The notes: generated by a model from the letters alone, not told the origin. A stretch of 64,000 nt of DNA from the human T2T-CHM13v2.0 reference genome, Homo sapiens (GCF_009914755.1 NC_060929.1), one strand, 5' to 3'; shown: positions 17,841-32,800, counted from the first letter of the stretch. Made by a program: numbers and translations.

Positions 17841-20279
17841 CTGACAAAAAAAGAGAGTAGACATGATCATCATTTGGAATAAAACAAGGGATGTCACTAC
17901 AGACCTCACAGATATCAAAAAGGTAATAATGAAATATTATTAATAACCCTACACACATAAATTTGATGAAATGAATCACTTCCTTGAAAAATACCAGTGA
18001 CCACAACTCTCCCAAAAAGAAAAAGACAATTTCAGTAGTTCTGTTGAAATTCTTAAGAAAGTTGAATTCATAATTATAAACTCCCAAAAAATAAATCACT
18101 AAAACTACATGATTTCCCTGGAGAATCTTACCCAGTGTTTAAACACTAATTAAAATCAATTCTACATAATCTGCTTCAGAAAATAGCATAGGTAGAAACA
18201 TTTCACAACTAATATTATGAAGCTACTGTTACCCATTTACAAAAACCAGACAGATACAAAAACAAAACAGAACAAAAACTAAAAGAACTACAGACCAATA
18301 TCTCTCATAAATATAGATTCAAAAAGACTTAAAATATTAGCACCTATAATTCAGCAAAATAAAGAATTATACACTGTGATCAAGTTGGGTCTGTTTCAGG
18401 GATGCAAGGCTGGTTCAGTATTTGAAAATATATTCGTGTAATATACAACATTAATAGGTTAAAAAAGAAAAATCACATGGTCATATAATTCAGTGCAGAA
18501 AAGCATAGTCAAATTGATTAAGGTTTAATGCAAATGCTATCAAAATCTCAGCAAGAGTTTTTGTAGATATAGACAAGATAATTCTGAAATTTATTTGAAA
18601 AGAAAAAGGAACTGCAAGAGCTGGAACAGTTTTGAAAAAGCAGAATAAAATGAGAAAAATCATCTTCCCAATTTCAAGCATTATTATATAGTTATAGTAA
18701 TCTGTACTGTGTGGTATTTGCAGAGGGACAGATAGATCACTGGGACAGAACACAGAGAATCTAAGAAATATGTCCACACAAACATGCCCAACTGATTTTT
18801 TACAAAAGTGCAAAAGCAATTTAATAGAGTTAAGGTAGAATGTTCAACAAATGATGCTGGAGCAATGGAACATCCATAGCCAAAAAGTTAAAATGAACCA
18901 CAGACTAAAATACAAAACATAAAACTATAAAGCTCTCAGAAGAAAATGTGAGAAAAACTTCAGAATCTCGGCCTAGGCAAACGTTCTTAGGCTTGACGCC
19001 AAAGCACAATCTATAAAAGGAAAAATTGATAAATCAGACTTTATAAAAATTAAAATCTTTTGTTCTGTGGATGGCTCTGTTGAAAATAAAAAGACAAGTT
19101 ACAGAGTGGTAGAAAACTCACGTAACTGTAAAAGGACTAGCAAACCATATATCCAACAAAGGACTTGTATCTAAGATATAGTAATAATTCTCAAAATTCA
19201 ATGGTAAAAAAGCAAACAATCAAGTCAGCACATGGGCAAAAGGCATGAAGAGATGTTTTACCAAAGATACATAGGTGGTAAATAAATAAATGAAAAGATG
19301 TTCAACATCAGTGGACAACAAGAGAATCCAAATTACAACCATAATGATATATCACTACACACCTATAAGAATGGCTAAAATAAAAAAAACCATGGTAACA
19401 GAGAATACAGAGAAACTGGATCCCTCAAACATTGCAGATGGGAATGTAAAATGGCACAGGACTCTAGAAAATAGTTTCACAGTTTTTTTAAATCTAAACA
19501 TGCATGTACCATAAAATAGCAATTACATTCTTGGAAGTTAAAACTAGAGAAAGGAAGACTTGTGTTCTACACAAACATGTACATGAATGTTTACAGTAGT
19601 AGTTTATAATAGCCCCAAACTGGAAACAATAGGTGAATGGTTATAAAAACAGTGGTACATCCAAACCATGAAATACTACTCTGCAATAAATAGGAAGGAA
19701 CTACTGATACATGCAGCAACCTTGAAGAATCTCTGGCTAATTATGCTGAGTTAAAACAAACTCAATCTCAATAGTTATATACTTTATGATTACATTTATA
19801 TAATATTCTTGAAATGACAAAATTATAGAAAGAAAAAAAAAGAGGTTAGTGGTTGCCAAAGGTTGGCCACATGGGTGGGGGCAGGAGGGAAGCAGTTGTG
19901 GCTATAAATAACATGAGAGATACTTGTGGTGATGGAAATCTTTTTCTTGTTCTTTTTTTTGAAATCTTGACTGTATCTAAGTCAACATTCTGGTTGTGAT
20001 ATTGTTCTATAGTTTTACAAAATGTTACCATTAGAGGAAACTGGGTAAAGGATTCGTAGAATTTCTGGGTAAAGGATACGTAGAAATTCTCTGTATTATT
20101 TCTTACAATTGCATGTTAATCTATAATCATATCAAAATAAAGATTTAATTAAAAAACACAAAACAATAAAATATAGAGGGAGTCAAATCAAAAAGAAAAA
20201 GTTTTACCCTGGGTTGGATGGTAGAAATGGTGAGTAGAAGGGAGTTAGCAGAAACAGGGACAATTTTTACTATATGTGT

Positions 20280-22390
20280 TTTTCTTAACATACTTACAGG
20301 AAAATGCACAAATTATGTTTATATCTTGATGACTTAACACAAAATGTACCTACCCATGTAAGCACCACTCAGTTTAAGAAGTATGATAGGAGCAGACCTC
20401 AGAAATTCCCTTCGTGTCTCCTCTCTTGACTACTCCCTCTATCTCTCTAAATGTAGTCATTGCCTTGAGTTTAAGAACCATAGATTAGTTTTGCCTGTTT
20501 CCAAATTTTATAAAAATGGAACCATATAGAAATCATTCTTTTGTATCTTGCTATTGTAACTCAACATCATATATACAGGATTCATCTATGGTGGTGCATG
20601 TAGCAATAATTTGTTCATTTTTATTGCTACCTGGTATCCTATTGTATAAACTGTAATTTATTTATTCATTTTACTCTTTATGGACATTTGATTTGCTTCC
20701 AAATCTTAACCATTGTGAATAATGTTGCCATGAAAATTCTTTTTTTGTGTGTATATGACCTGTGGTGCACATAGGTACAAATTTTTCTTATGTAAATTAC
20801 AGAGAACAAAATTGCTGGGCTATCAGGTATATGTATGGTCAACCTTACATATGACCAATAGTTTTCCAACTATTTGTATCAATTTATACTTTCACCAGCA
20901 GTATATGCGAGCTTCTGTTGATTCACAGGAATACCTGATGTTGATGTCAGTCTTAATTCCAGCTATTTCATTCAGTGTGTAATGGTATCAAATTGTGATT
21001 TTTAATTTGCATTTCTCTAATTACTTATAAGGTTGAGTAACATTTTGCCTGTTTATTGCAATTTTTAATTTTAATATTCTTTTCTAAAATGTCTGTTCAA
21101 ATCTTTCAGTCATTTTTAATTTGGTCATTTGTCTTTTTCTTATTGATCTGTTGGAGTTCTGGAATGGTGAGTCAGTGCCACAGATTTCCCTGCTGGTTTC
21201 ACTGTGGTTGGTTTCATGCTCTCCTCTGGTGCAGTAACCTCTTAACTTTTTTCTGTATTTCTCACAAAGGGGTATAGTCTGTGTACTCTGGTTGAGTCAG
21301 TGTCTCCCTGGGGGAAAGGAGGTTCTGGGGCTTCCTATTCTACCATCTTGCTCTGGACTCTATTCTGTTACATTGGTTTGTCTATTTTTACACCAATATA
21401 TCACTGCCTTGATTAATGTGGTTTTATATCCATTAGTGGAAGTTTCCCAATATGTTTTTCTCTCTGATTATTCTGGGTGTGTCTGTGATCCAGTGTGTTT
21501 TTCTTCAAGAGGTCTTAGCTATAACAATCATTTTTATTTCTGTATAACATTTAAATTAGCCAGTTTCCACAAACATGCTTGCTGGGATTTTGTTTGGAAT
21601 TTCATTGACTCTATAGATCAACTACAAAAATGAACATCTTTGCATATTGATTCATAACTCATGAACGTATTACATCTCATTATTTACTTAGGGTTTCTGT
21701 ATTTCTCTAAGTAATATTTTGTAGACTTTTTAATTTTGTCAGATTTTTTCCAAGCTGTTAGTTTTTTTAATGTTATTATAAAATTTCTTTAAATTTAAGT
21801 TTTGTTTGTTGCTAGTATACAGACATAAAACAGATTTGGGATATTGTAATTGCTCTGAATTCGTGTATCAATTGTAATATTAATTTGTAGATATTTTGGG
21901 ACTTTTTTACATACCTAAATATCATGTCATCTGGAAAAAATGATCATTTTAGTTTTTCCTCCAATCTTTTTCTTATTTTTGTCTTGCCTTGCCCTATTGC
22001 AATAGCTAGGACTCTGATGATGAGAAGTGGTGAAAGCAGATATCCATATCTTGTCCTCATTCTCAGAGGTAAAGCTTTCAATATTTTACCATTCACCATG
22101 ATGTTTGCAATAGGATTCACGGATACTTTTACACAATAAGCTGTTCCCATATATTTCTAGCATGATAGCAATTTTTATCATGAATAAATGATTAATTTAA
22201 TAAAATCATTTTCCTGCATCTACTGAGATGATTATATGATTTTTCTAATTTAATCTTCGATGGAGTGAATTACACTGATTTTCAAATGTTAAATCAGCCT
22301 TATATTACTAGAAGAAACCCAATTAGATCTTGATATATTATCTGTTTCATATATCTTTGCACTTTGTTAATATTTATATAGGATTTTTAC
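20280..22390 (-). mobile_element. Old L1 (L1ME-like) 3' region and ORF2 fragments
   Basis: T-rich antisense L1; residual RT-region peptide NPIANIMVNGKILKALPLRMRTRYGYLLSPLL (21944-22150). Confidence 0.75.
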
Positions 22391-22439
22391 TCTTGAATCT
22401 TTACCTTAGGGTCTATTTCTGGGGAAACCTACTATAAGA

Positions 22440-23000
22440 CAGAAGTGTATAATTTAGGATGAATTCAGCATCAAATCACAAAAAAACTTAGCCATGCTTA
22501 AACAAATAGTGATTACTTTTCTTACACATAAAAACTACAGTGCTTAAAACTGATAGAATTGATTTACTTGTTTAATGATACTATCAGAAACCTAGTTTCT
22601 TTTTAACCATTTTTTCTCTATCTTTTTTATTTTTGCATTTTTTTCATAATGGTTGATACTGCATATTGTGACTTAGAGCCTCACAATCTCAAACTAGAGT
22701 TCTAGGAAAGGAAGAGGCCGCGGTAGGGCTTTTCCCAAGTGCGGTTATTTATAAAGGAAGGGAAGCTCCAGAATACATGTCCTTGGCTAGAACTAGGTCA
22801 CATGCAGATTCCCAGAGCAATCACCGGCAGAAGAGTGTGGAATTCCTATGACTGAGATTAAACCAATCCTGATTCATCTTCTATGGTCAGAGAATGGCCT
22901 ACTCTCACCCTGAAATCAAGGAATCTATTCCTGCTACAAAGTCTGTATTCTATAGCCTGGGAAAAATTAGGGGGATCATAACTGCTCCCAATAGTTCAAG
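22440..23000 (-). mobile_element. Old MaLR LTR (MLT1I/J/K-like)
   Basis: TTGGCTAGAACTAGGTCACATGC...CAATCAC...AACCAATC motifs typical of old MLT1 LTRs. Confidence 0.5.
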
Positions 23001-23450
23001 AAAGACTGCTTTTGTATGGCCCTCACTTACGAATATAGATGTAAAAATTTTTACCCAAATGTTAGCAAGCTGAATCCAGAAAGTAAAAATAATTATGATG
23101 TAGTTGGATTTATCTCAGAAAAATGTCAGTTAATTCAGAAACTGAAGGCTACTACAAGGCCATAGAAATGTAACAGAACTAAATGCTCTAAAACAAGCCC
23201 ATGCTTACATGGGAACCTGATATCTGATAGAAGGGGGCCTAATGGAAAAGGATTGTTTTTTAATCAATTGATATTGGAAAAACTGGCCATTACACAGAAA
23301 AAAAAGTTAGTTTTCAAATTTATAATTTAAATTGACTACAGGCTTATGTATGAAAGGTAAAACTATGAAGTGAAGAAAAATAAATCAGAAAACACCTTTG
23401 TAATTTTGAATTGCGGAAGACTTAGTATATAAAAGCCCAAAGGTATGTCA

Positions 23451-23726
<276 letters not shown>

Positions 23727-23824
23727 AATGAACTTGACCACATAAAAAATTATACATTTCTGTTTAATAAAGGGCACCATTAATAAAGTCAACCAACAAG
23801 GAACAGATTGAGAGAAATTATTCT

Positions 23825-23958
23825 TATTTAAAAAATAGAGACAGGGTCTCGCTTTGTTGCTGAGGCTGGCCTTGAACTTTTGGCCTCAAGAAATTCTCCT
23901 ACCTTTGCCTTGGCTTCCCAAAGTGCTGGGATCAGAGGCCTGAGCAAGCATGCCTGGT
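23825..23958 (-). mobile_element. Alu left monomer (FLAM-like)
   Basis: Single monomer AGAGACAGGGTCTCGC...CCCAAAGTGCTGGGAT...GCCTGG; TSD-like flanks GAGAAATTATT/GAGGAATTATT. Confidence 0.85.
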
Positions 23959-25048
23959 GAGGAGGAATTATTTGAGAAGTCAAAAACTGAGAAGAGATTG
24001 ATAACTAGAATACAAAAAATCCCCCTAAGCCCACAAAACCTTAGAAAAAAATAGGGAACCAATACAGAAACATGTGAAGCAGAGACTACAGACTCAAAGG
24101 GCTAATTTGGAGAGTAATCTGGAGATATTTAGTTTAGTTGTTTTAGTTTAGTTTAGTATACACAGGTCTCCTGCTCATCCTGTGGAATTTGTGTTCTGGT
24201 CCTTAAGGAGGCATGTGTATTTGATTAAGCATTATTTGTACAACAGGGCATTGTAGACAACCTATGCAACTGTATCTAGGGAACCAGATGGGTGAAAAAT
24301 ATTGGGGATGCTCACAGAGGAAACAAAACTCTATCTCTATTAGAAATAGAGTTATGTGGATGAATCTTTCAAACATAATGTTCAGAGGAAAAAGTAAGGT
24401 AACAAGTTCTATAACATCATTTACTTGGGCAAATTTAAAACATAAACACACAACAAAATAGTACCATATTTGAAATATACCTACATATCCAGGAAAAATG
24501 CGAAACACAATAGTTATTTCCTACAGGTCTAGGAAGAGATTGGCAGTGCAGATTGAGGCAAAAGGAAGAAAAATAGAAGCAAAAGAGGATGCTTATATGA
24601 ATAATTAATGACTGTGTTATAAACTTGGGAGTATGAGCAACTCAGTTCTCTGCATTTTAGGTTATGTATTTATTAGTGAGGTCCTATCGTGATTTTAGCT
24701 TGCATATTAACCCCCAGGTTAAACATGGCCACTATTTAAAATATTTGTTTCTAAAACATAAAGTTTAAGGGAGAGATTTTCCTGTAATTATTTAATTTGT
24801 AGAAGCCACTACATACCAATCTGTGACCTAAAGCCACTGTAAATAAATGAATATTTTCCTCCAAAATCATGCTTTGCATTACTCAGAGGAATATCTTGTC
24901 TCTTTCCATTCTATCTCCAAAGGCTTCAGTTTCTGGAAAACTACAATCTACTTCATCTGTAATTTACTCTGTTAATTTAAGTTCCATTTTACTCTCTACT
25001 TTCTCCTTCTTGTCAACAACAAATGTCAACATTTAAAAACTCTTCTGG

Positions 25049-25621
25049 TATATTAGTCAGGGTTCTCCAGATAATCAGTGTGTGCGTGTATGTGTATATG
25101 TTATTGGTATATATATGTTTATTCTATGTTTTATATATATAATCTAGAAAGAGATTTATGATAAAGTATAGGCACATGATTATGGAGCCTGATAAGTCCC
25201 ATGATGTGGTGTCTGTAAGCTGGAGACCCAGGAAGGCCAGTGTTGTAGCCTGAAGGCCTGAGAGCTGGAGAGCCAATGGTGTAGATTCCAAGTCTGAGTC
25301 TGAAAACCTGAGAACCGGGGGCACTGAGGATGGAAGACTGATGTTCCAACTCAAGCAATAAGGCAGAGGGAGGGCAAATACAACTTTTCTCCACCTTTTT
25401 GTTCTATTTAGGCCCTCAGCAGACTGAATGATGCCACCCACACTGGGGAGTGGCTATCTACCTTACTCAGTCCATCAATTAAAATGCGAATCTTTTCCAG
25501 AAACATCTTTACAGACACTTCCAGAAACATCTTTACAGACACATCCAGAAATAATGTTGAATCAGATATCTAAGCATCTATCTGGTGGCCCAGTCAAGTT
25601 GCCACATAAAATTAACTGTCA
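25049..25621 (-). mobile_element. MLT2 (MLT2C/D-like) ERVL solo LTR
   Basis: TATTAGTCAGGGTTCTCCAGA...GGCCCAGTCAAGTTGCCACATAAAATTAAC; internal 24-bp tandem duplication at 25495-25542. Confidence 0.88.
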
Positions 25622-25742
25622 AGTGAGCTGATGATCAGGTTTTCACTATTTTTTTTTTTTCCATTTCTCATGAGAGTGAAGTTAGTGAGGCAGTTTGGAA
25701 GAACTACACCTTGGTTTGAATATATTTCATAACTGAAGATTT

Positions 25743-25873
25743 GAATGAATTTAAATCCACTTTCTATAAAGTGAATGCAGTGAATCTTAAATTCACAATC
25801 TTGAGTGAATTTAAGCCATGACTCAAAAGTGGCAACACTTCATTCACTTTATAGAAAGTTTTGAAATTCATTC
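25743..25873. repeat. Nested inverted repeat (long stem with two internal hairpins)
   Basis: Perfect 19-bp arms at 25759-25777 and 25841-25859; perfect 11-bp inner arms at 25786-25796 and 25805-25815. Confidence 0.9.
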
Positions 25874-26112
25874 TGAGGTATAGGAGTGAGAAAACTTTTC
25901 ATGTAAACACTCCTTTTAAATTACTAGAGAAATTGTCCAGTCCTTTATATCAGCCAAATTTATTCCTTTGCTGATGAAATCTTGATTTTGTGTTTATTTC
26001 TTGCTTATTATGATATAAAACATACATGTTGTTTTATTAACCATGGATAAGTTTGCCTGACCGCAGAAGTTCACTAAGATTCTAATGACGGTGGGATCAA
26101 TTAATTGATTAG

Positions 26113-26270
26113 GACATTGCTACTGAAAATGTTGTCTGAGTAAAGAGCATCACCTGGGAGCTTTTCAGACATGCAGAAACTCAAGCCCAATCGTAGACCT
26201 AAAGAATCAAAACCTGCATTACAACAAGATCTTTAGGTGATTCTTATGCATGTTAAAGTTAGAGAAGCAC
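26113..26270. mobile_element. MER5A-like hAT-Charlie non-autonomous DNA transposon
   Basis: GCATCACCTGGGAGCTT...ATGCAGA...GGTGATTCTTATGCATGTTAAAGTTAGAGAAGCAC. Confidence 0.8.
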
Positions 26271-26336
26271 CAAGAATCCACACTGGGAACCCTGGTATCC
26301 GGACAGCAATGCCAGATTCAAGAAAAGCTGCTTTAA

Positions 26337-26943
<607 letters not shown>

Positions 26944-27012
26944 AAAAAGCTTGCTTTTAAATTAAATCTATTTTTACATGGTTATCCTTGAGTTCCTGAT
27001 TAATTCTACCAT

Positions 27013-27100
27013 TTATTCATTCATCTATTCAATAAGTATTTAGCGAGTGCTTATTATATTTTGGGCTCCATAATGGGTGTATACAAAAGCAAACAGGACA
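27013..27100 (-). mobile_element. L2 3'-end relic
   Basis: TTCATTCATCTATTCAATAAGTATTTAGCGAGTGCTTA. Confidence 0.6.
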
Positions 27101-28139
27101 TGCTAAGAATTGCTGTGTTTTGAATACAAAAATAGATGCAGAAAGAAGCACATAAGCTGGAGTGAAATATGCTGCTGATCCTCTGGGAAAAGTTCCCAGC
27201 TCAGCAGTCTGACAATGACAGCACGAGTTATGAAGACAACCATCCAGAACATGTTCAGTGACTGCACCCTGCAAGCTCTCAGCAAAGTAAGCAGGCACTG
27301 CTTGGCTGGGGTAGCTCGGTTTCTGGGCTCCCAGTTGGGCCTGGGTTGGCTCCAGCTCTCCAACTCAGAACTGACAGCTGGCACCCACACCCTCCTCCTC
27401 AGCTTCCGGGATGGCCTGATGGGCAAAGAGAAAGAGAATGGAATCTGGATGACAGGGCTGGGCAGAGCGAGTCCAGAATGCTATAAGCCTGTTTGGTCTG
27501 TTACAAGTGCTGTGAGCAAAGGAGGACTGCAATTTTGAACATTGCAAAACAATGCATCCAGGCTTAGTCCCAAGGGATGGCAGAACAAGGAAATGCCATA
27601 GGCAAGTTATTTTATGTTAAATCTTATGCCACACTAAAATTATGTTACATTAGAATTTTAAAAATAATGTAAACATTGATTTTATAATTCTTTCTTGAAG
27701 TCTTAGAGATGAAGAATATCTGACAGCCGGTCCTTTTCTTTTGGTAAATTAATGACAGAATAAGTGATTTGAATCCCAGAAGAGGATATGGGTCACGTCT
27801 AATATATAGCAACAACCATCTATTCCATGTCCAAACACCTTGATTTTTGTTCTTAGTCTTTATTTTCATGAAGTTGGAAATATTGTTAAGAAAAAGGCAA
27901 GGAAAGCAAACTCTAGTTATGGGAAGAAAATCTCAGCTTTGGGGAGACGCATTTTCTTCTTCCCTTCCTACCCACAGTGCAAAGTGCGGTCATTACTATC
28001 TGTCTCTGTAGTATCTATCAAATGGATGAGGAAGAAAGAAAACATCTGAAGTGACTGATTAGTCATTGGGAATAATTTGTGCAACTGCTTGGCTATAGAT
28101 ATGACTTTATCATATCTTTATCATATAGATAATTTTGTT

Positions 28140-28285
28140 CATCCTTGGGCAAGTTGTTTAATAGTTGTGAGACTGAGTTTCCTTACCTGTGAAATGAAGA
28201 TAATTAGACTATACCAAGATGACATAATATTCATTATATTTAATTAGAGCTGTGACTGGCACATGGTAAACACTAATAAATTCTA
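28140..28285 (+). mobile_element. MIR relic
   Basis: CCTTGGGCAAGTTGTTTAA...GAGTTTCCTTACCTGTGAAATG...TGGCACATGGTAAACACTAATAAA. Confidence 0.75.
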
Positions 28286-29026
28286 TCTGTGAGAGTAGGG
28301 TCAAAATTTACACATAACGATTGATGTGTGTTTTTTTAAAGTAATTTTATTTTCTTTAATTGTAATTTTTTATAATTCCATTTTGTCCTCTACTCTCCCA
28401 GTCACTGTCTTGACCAGACAACTTATTCTTTTTTTGTAATTCCAGTATTTTCAGTCCAATCAGTGCCTTTTCAGTGAAATTAAAATATTATTACAATCGT
28501 AGTCTGATTTCTATCTCAGCTACTTTTGCATACATTCTCAGTCTTCTGTATTTTCTTTATGCCTCTCTTGTGTCCTTTTTCTACCACTCGGGAGTAGTCT
28601 ATTTTCACAGGACAGCTTATGTATTATTCATCTGTTCTTGTCCTGCTTGGACTTAGGCATCAGTCTGTCACTCTGTTACCTGCAGTGATGTTCCGTGGTG
28701 TACCTGTTCCCTGAACATCCTGCGCTGGTATCCACCGAGGTGTGGTGCATGTTGGCAATTGGCTTTTGCCTCTAATTGCAAAAGCTCTGAACTTTGCAGC
28801 TACCTCCTCCTGACCTCATATATCTACCTGTTCACACCTCCCATAATATTTCTGCCCCCTCTAGTTGTTGTTGAAGGTGGGATACTAAGAATTCTTGATT
28901 GTTCTTTATATATAATTCTGGAGTGGAACCCTACATAGTTGTCTTGACACTCATCTGCCCTCAGCTATCACTTACTCCATCTCTCTCATGTTGAATACAG
29001 CATCACGTTAAATGTGGGAATTTTCT

Positions 29027-29875
29027 TATTTTATTTTATTTTATTTTACTTTAAGTTCTGGGATACATGTACAGAACGTGCAGGTTTGTTACAAAGATAT
29101 GCGTGTGCCATGGTGGTTTGCTGCATCCATCAACCCATCATCTAGGCTTTAAGCCCTGCATGCATTAGGCATTTGTCCTAATGGTCTCCCTCCCCCTGCC
29201 CTCACCTCCCTGACAGGCCCCGGTGTGTGATATTCCCCTTCCTGTGTCCACGTGTTCTCACTGTTCATCTCCCACTTATGAGTGAGAACATGCAGTGTTT
29301 GGTTTTCTGTTCCTGTGTCAGTTTGCTGAGAATGATGGCTTCCAGCTTCACCCATATCCCTTCAAAGGACATGATATCATTCCTTTTTTATGGCTGCATA
29401 GTATTCCACAGTGTATATGTGCCATATTTTCTTTATCCAGTCCATCATTGATGGGCATTTGGGTTGGTTCCAAGTCTTTGATATTGTAAATAGTGCTGCA
29501 ATAAACATACGTGTGCAAGTGTCTTTATAGTAGAATGATTTATAATCCTTTGGGTATATACCCAGTAATGGGACTGCTGGGTCAAATGGTATTTCTGGTT
29601 CTAGGTCCTTGAGGAATTGCCACACTATCTTCCACAATGGTTGAACTAATTTACACTCCCACCAACAGTGTAAAAGCATTCCTATTTCTCCATATCCTCA
29701 CCAGCATCTGTTGTTTCCTGACTTTTTAATAATCACTATTCCAACTGGTGTGAGATGGTATCTCATTGTGGTTGTGATTTGCATTTCTCTAATGACCAGT
29801 GATGATGTGAGCCTTTTTTCTTGTGTTTCTGGGCCGCATAAATGTTTTCTTTTGAGAAGTGTCTGTTCATATCCA
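29027..29875 (-). mobile_element. 5'-truncated LINE-1 (L1PA7/8-like)
   Basis: ORF2 C-terminus ([14 protein letters not shown]) plus 3'UTR; degenerate TSD ATGTGGGAATTTTCT (29012) and ATGTGAGACTTTTCT (29879). Confidence 0.93.
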
Positions 29876-32800
29876 CAGATGTGAGACTTTTCTAAAAGGG
29901 TTGCTGTCTGCCTAGGTTAGGAGAGAAGGGCACTAGCCTTACTATTTAGCAATTCAGGCCTCAGCTATCTGGCTGTCTCTCCCTCCACAAGTTTTTATTT
30001 TTCCTTCTGAGCTGTGAGTCAGGAACCTTGAGTCTGGATATTTTCTCTCTTGCCTTCTGCTCAGTCCTCCTCTTCTGGCCCCAGGAAAGGCTTACTGGGT
30101 CCAGTGTGGCACCATACTAAGGACTCGACCCTGGGTCCTTGATTATTACTGCAACAGAGAAATTAATATCTTCCATGGCTGTGCTCATCAACAGAAAGAA
30201 GCAGCACAAGCCGAGGCTCTGCCTCTGGCCTTCCAAATCACATGTGGGTGTGTCTACTTGGTAGAGACTGGGTCATGGAAGGAGCCCAAGCTATGCCAGT
30301 GCCTGGGAGCCCTAAGCTTTCCTGCCCTAATTGTCAGTGGAGTATATTCCAAAAGAGTTGGGCTGGAGTTGTAAGACAAACTCTACAATTGTTGCCACAG
30401 GGAGGAAAGTTAAAACATCTGTATATGCAGCATGGTTGGATAGAATTCTTATTGGAGGTTGAGGATGCAAGAAAGAGTAAGGTTTTAGAAAGCAGCTGCT
30501 ATTTGCTCTCCTTTTAGTTTTTTTTTTTTTTTCTAAAAGGTGGCACTAATTAAATATTCATGAATATAACTTCTCCTTTGGACTACAGCAGGAGCAAATC
30601 TTACCCAAATTCAAATAGTGGAGATGACCTGGACCCTAATGAATAACTTTTACATTTATTTGCCTCAAACAGATGTTGATTAAGCAAAGTTTGATTCCAC
30701 AAACATTTATGGTACATGTATTTAAGGCTCTCTGGTTGGTAATGAGAGGCTTTACGTTTCTTCAATTATTCTTATAAGGCCACTAGATTCTGCAGTCAGA
30801 TAAGAAACTTATGGGAAAGAAACTATTATCAAAATTGCAGAGATGAGGAGGAAAAAAATAATACTCTAAGCAAATAGCATGTGTATAAGAGCTAACATAA
30901 GGGATTTGGCACGTTAGAGAGCAGGCAATGCTGCCATTCCAAGTTTCCATTGTTGTGCTTGTTGTGCTGTGTGAACTCCATGGTGATATCTCTTGAAGTC
31001 ATCCCCACAATGACCCACAGCAGAAAGAGGAAATCTTTTCATTCTCTAGCATCTGACTCATGAAACTGAAATGTTATTGCCTTATTTGTGGCTCTCCTCT
31101 GCCAGGGAAGAGTCAGGCAGGTTCTTTGGGCTGTTTGCTTATGTCTAAATCGCCTGTTTTCTGGCACTTAGGAAAAACATTCTTTTGCTTCCGGTAACAC
31201 TGGTCCTAAATGTATTTGCTCCACAACATGGTCGTCTTTGAGAAAGAGAGACTATTTGATTTGCTGAATGAAATGGCTGGGATGCTCATTGCATCTTGGC
31301 ATACAGAGGCACATATTTTAATCCTGAATTATCCAGCCTCCTGAAACATAGCCATTGTGCCTGCCTGATCTATTTGATTCCACTCATATTAGTGCGGTTT
31401 TCTTGCACTTAGTTTATTCATCACTACATTGTAGAAAGGAGAGCGGAGAGATGATGCTGTTCAGTAAGGGAGGAACCAAACACAGATCTTAAGGGGATTA
31501 TTCCATTCAGAACAGATTTTCAGGTCTAGTTGTTCTAAAAAAACAGTGGGGACAGTATACCATTTTAGAGGTACCATATGTAGTTTTCAATGGGCAGTCC
31601 CTCCACCCTGTGGCTGAAGCCCACTCTTTTTCTACGTGAGAGAGAATCTGAAATTTGGTGTCACAGATGACACCAGATGCATTCTTGCCCGTTGTAGGAT
31701 TTTGCTACCTGTTTCTATCATCTTTATTTGTCACATGGGTTATTTTTGTGCCTGAAAATTCCCCATAAGACAAAGTTTTCCCATGTAGGAGAGATTCGCT
31801 GGTTTCGCCTCTTACGGATTTTGTGTTCTAGAAATCCTGGGAGTGGTTAACTTTTCTGTTTTGCTACTTTTTGCTTGTTCCTTGTGGTGCTGCTTTCCTG
31901 GTGCTTGAACTTCATGGTAGGTCTCTGGGTGTGTTTTACATCAGTGCCACATGATTTGAAGCCAAATCTGGCAAAGTCCAAGTAAGTGAAGAATTGGAGT
32001 TATAATCCCAACAATTCAGGAAGCAGAAAAATTGCCCTAATCTTTTAAAGTAAATACTTGGTTTCAAGGGGATGTGATTATTTTTGGTCAGTTTATACAT
32101 TACTTTTTGCCTGTTTTACTTAAGAATCTCCAATTTAGGGGTTGACCCATACTCATTCTGACTTCTTGGCATCATGCACATGCCTAGAAATTCTCAATGG
32201 AATACATTTCTAAGGCATAGAGTGAAATGAAGTGTTAGAGATTGTGGGCTAGAAGAGCAGACTGAGTAATGTGTAATCAAAATTCAGAGTATCTATTAAT
32301 CTCCAAGTGGACACAGACCTACTTAGTATATGCATGAATGCATGAGTTCAGTTTTCAGTATGATAATGGATTTAATGTGACTTGGATAAGAAATTTTTGC
32401 TTGGAGCCTTGGTTTTTCCACTCAAGATACTGATATACTCTGGGCTATTACATGAATATTCTGAGGATTAGTTCTTAAATGATATTTTACCTTCCCTGCA
32501 TTCACAATTTGTATTACAGCTGAAAGCCAAATATAGCCAAGAGTTTGATAAACAACCAAATTAGGTAAGAGTACCTTACACTTTTCATAGGAATATCTTC
32601 CAGGTTCTCTCATGAGGGCTATCCACTACCACTTACAGGATGGCTTCTGTTTTCTAAGCTATAGTCCATTACGAGGTACAGATTTCCAGTTGGTAAAAGA
32701 GCCCCTGCATTCAGACATATTGGCCATAAAGGAATTCATAACAAGAGAAGGGGAGGAAAGGGACAAGAACAAGATTAGAAATGAATGTGAATTTAAGAAG

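Larger units (their letters stand above)
13076..20160 (+). mobile_element. Old L1 (L1MD-like), from the ORF1 end to the 3'UTR, interrupted by MLT2 and L1PB insertions
   Basis: Degenerate EN-region sequence 13.6-14.7 kb resumes collinearly at 17841. 3' end GTTACCATTAGAGGAAACTGGGTAAAGG...CTCTGTATTATTTCTTACAATTGCATG...AATAAAG. Confidence 0.8.

Noticed and set aside
27029-27547. Overlapping ORFs in a locally GC-richer patch
   Set aside because: Open frames on both strands are explained by base composition; no coherent exon structure or homology
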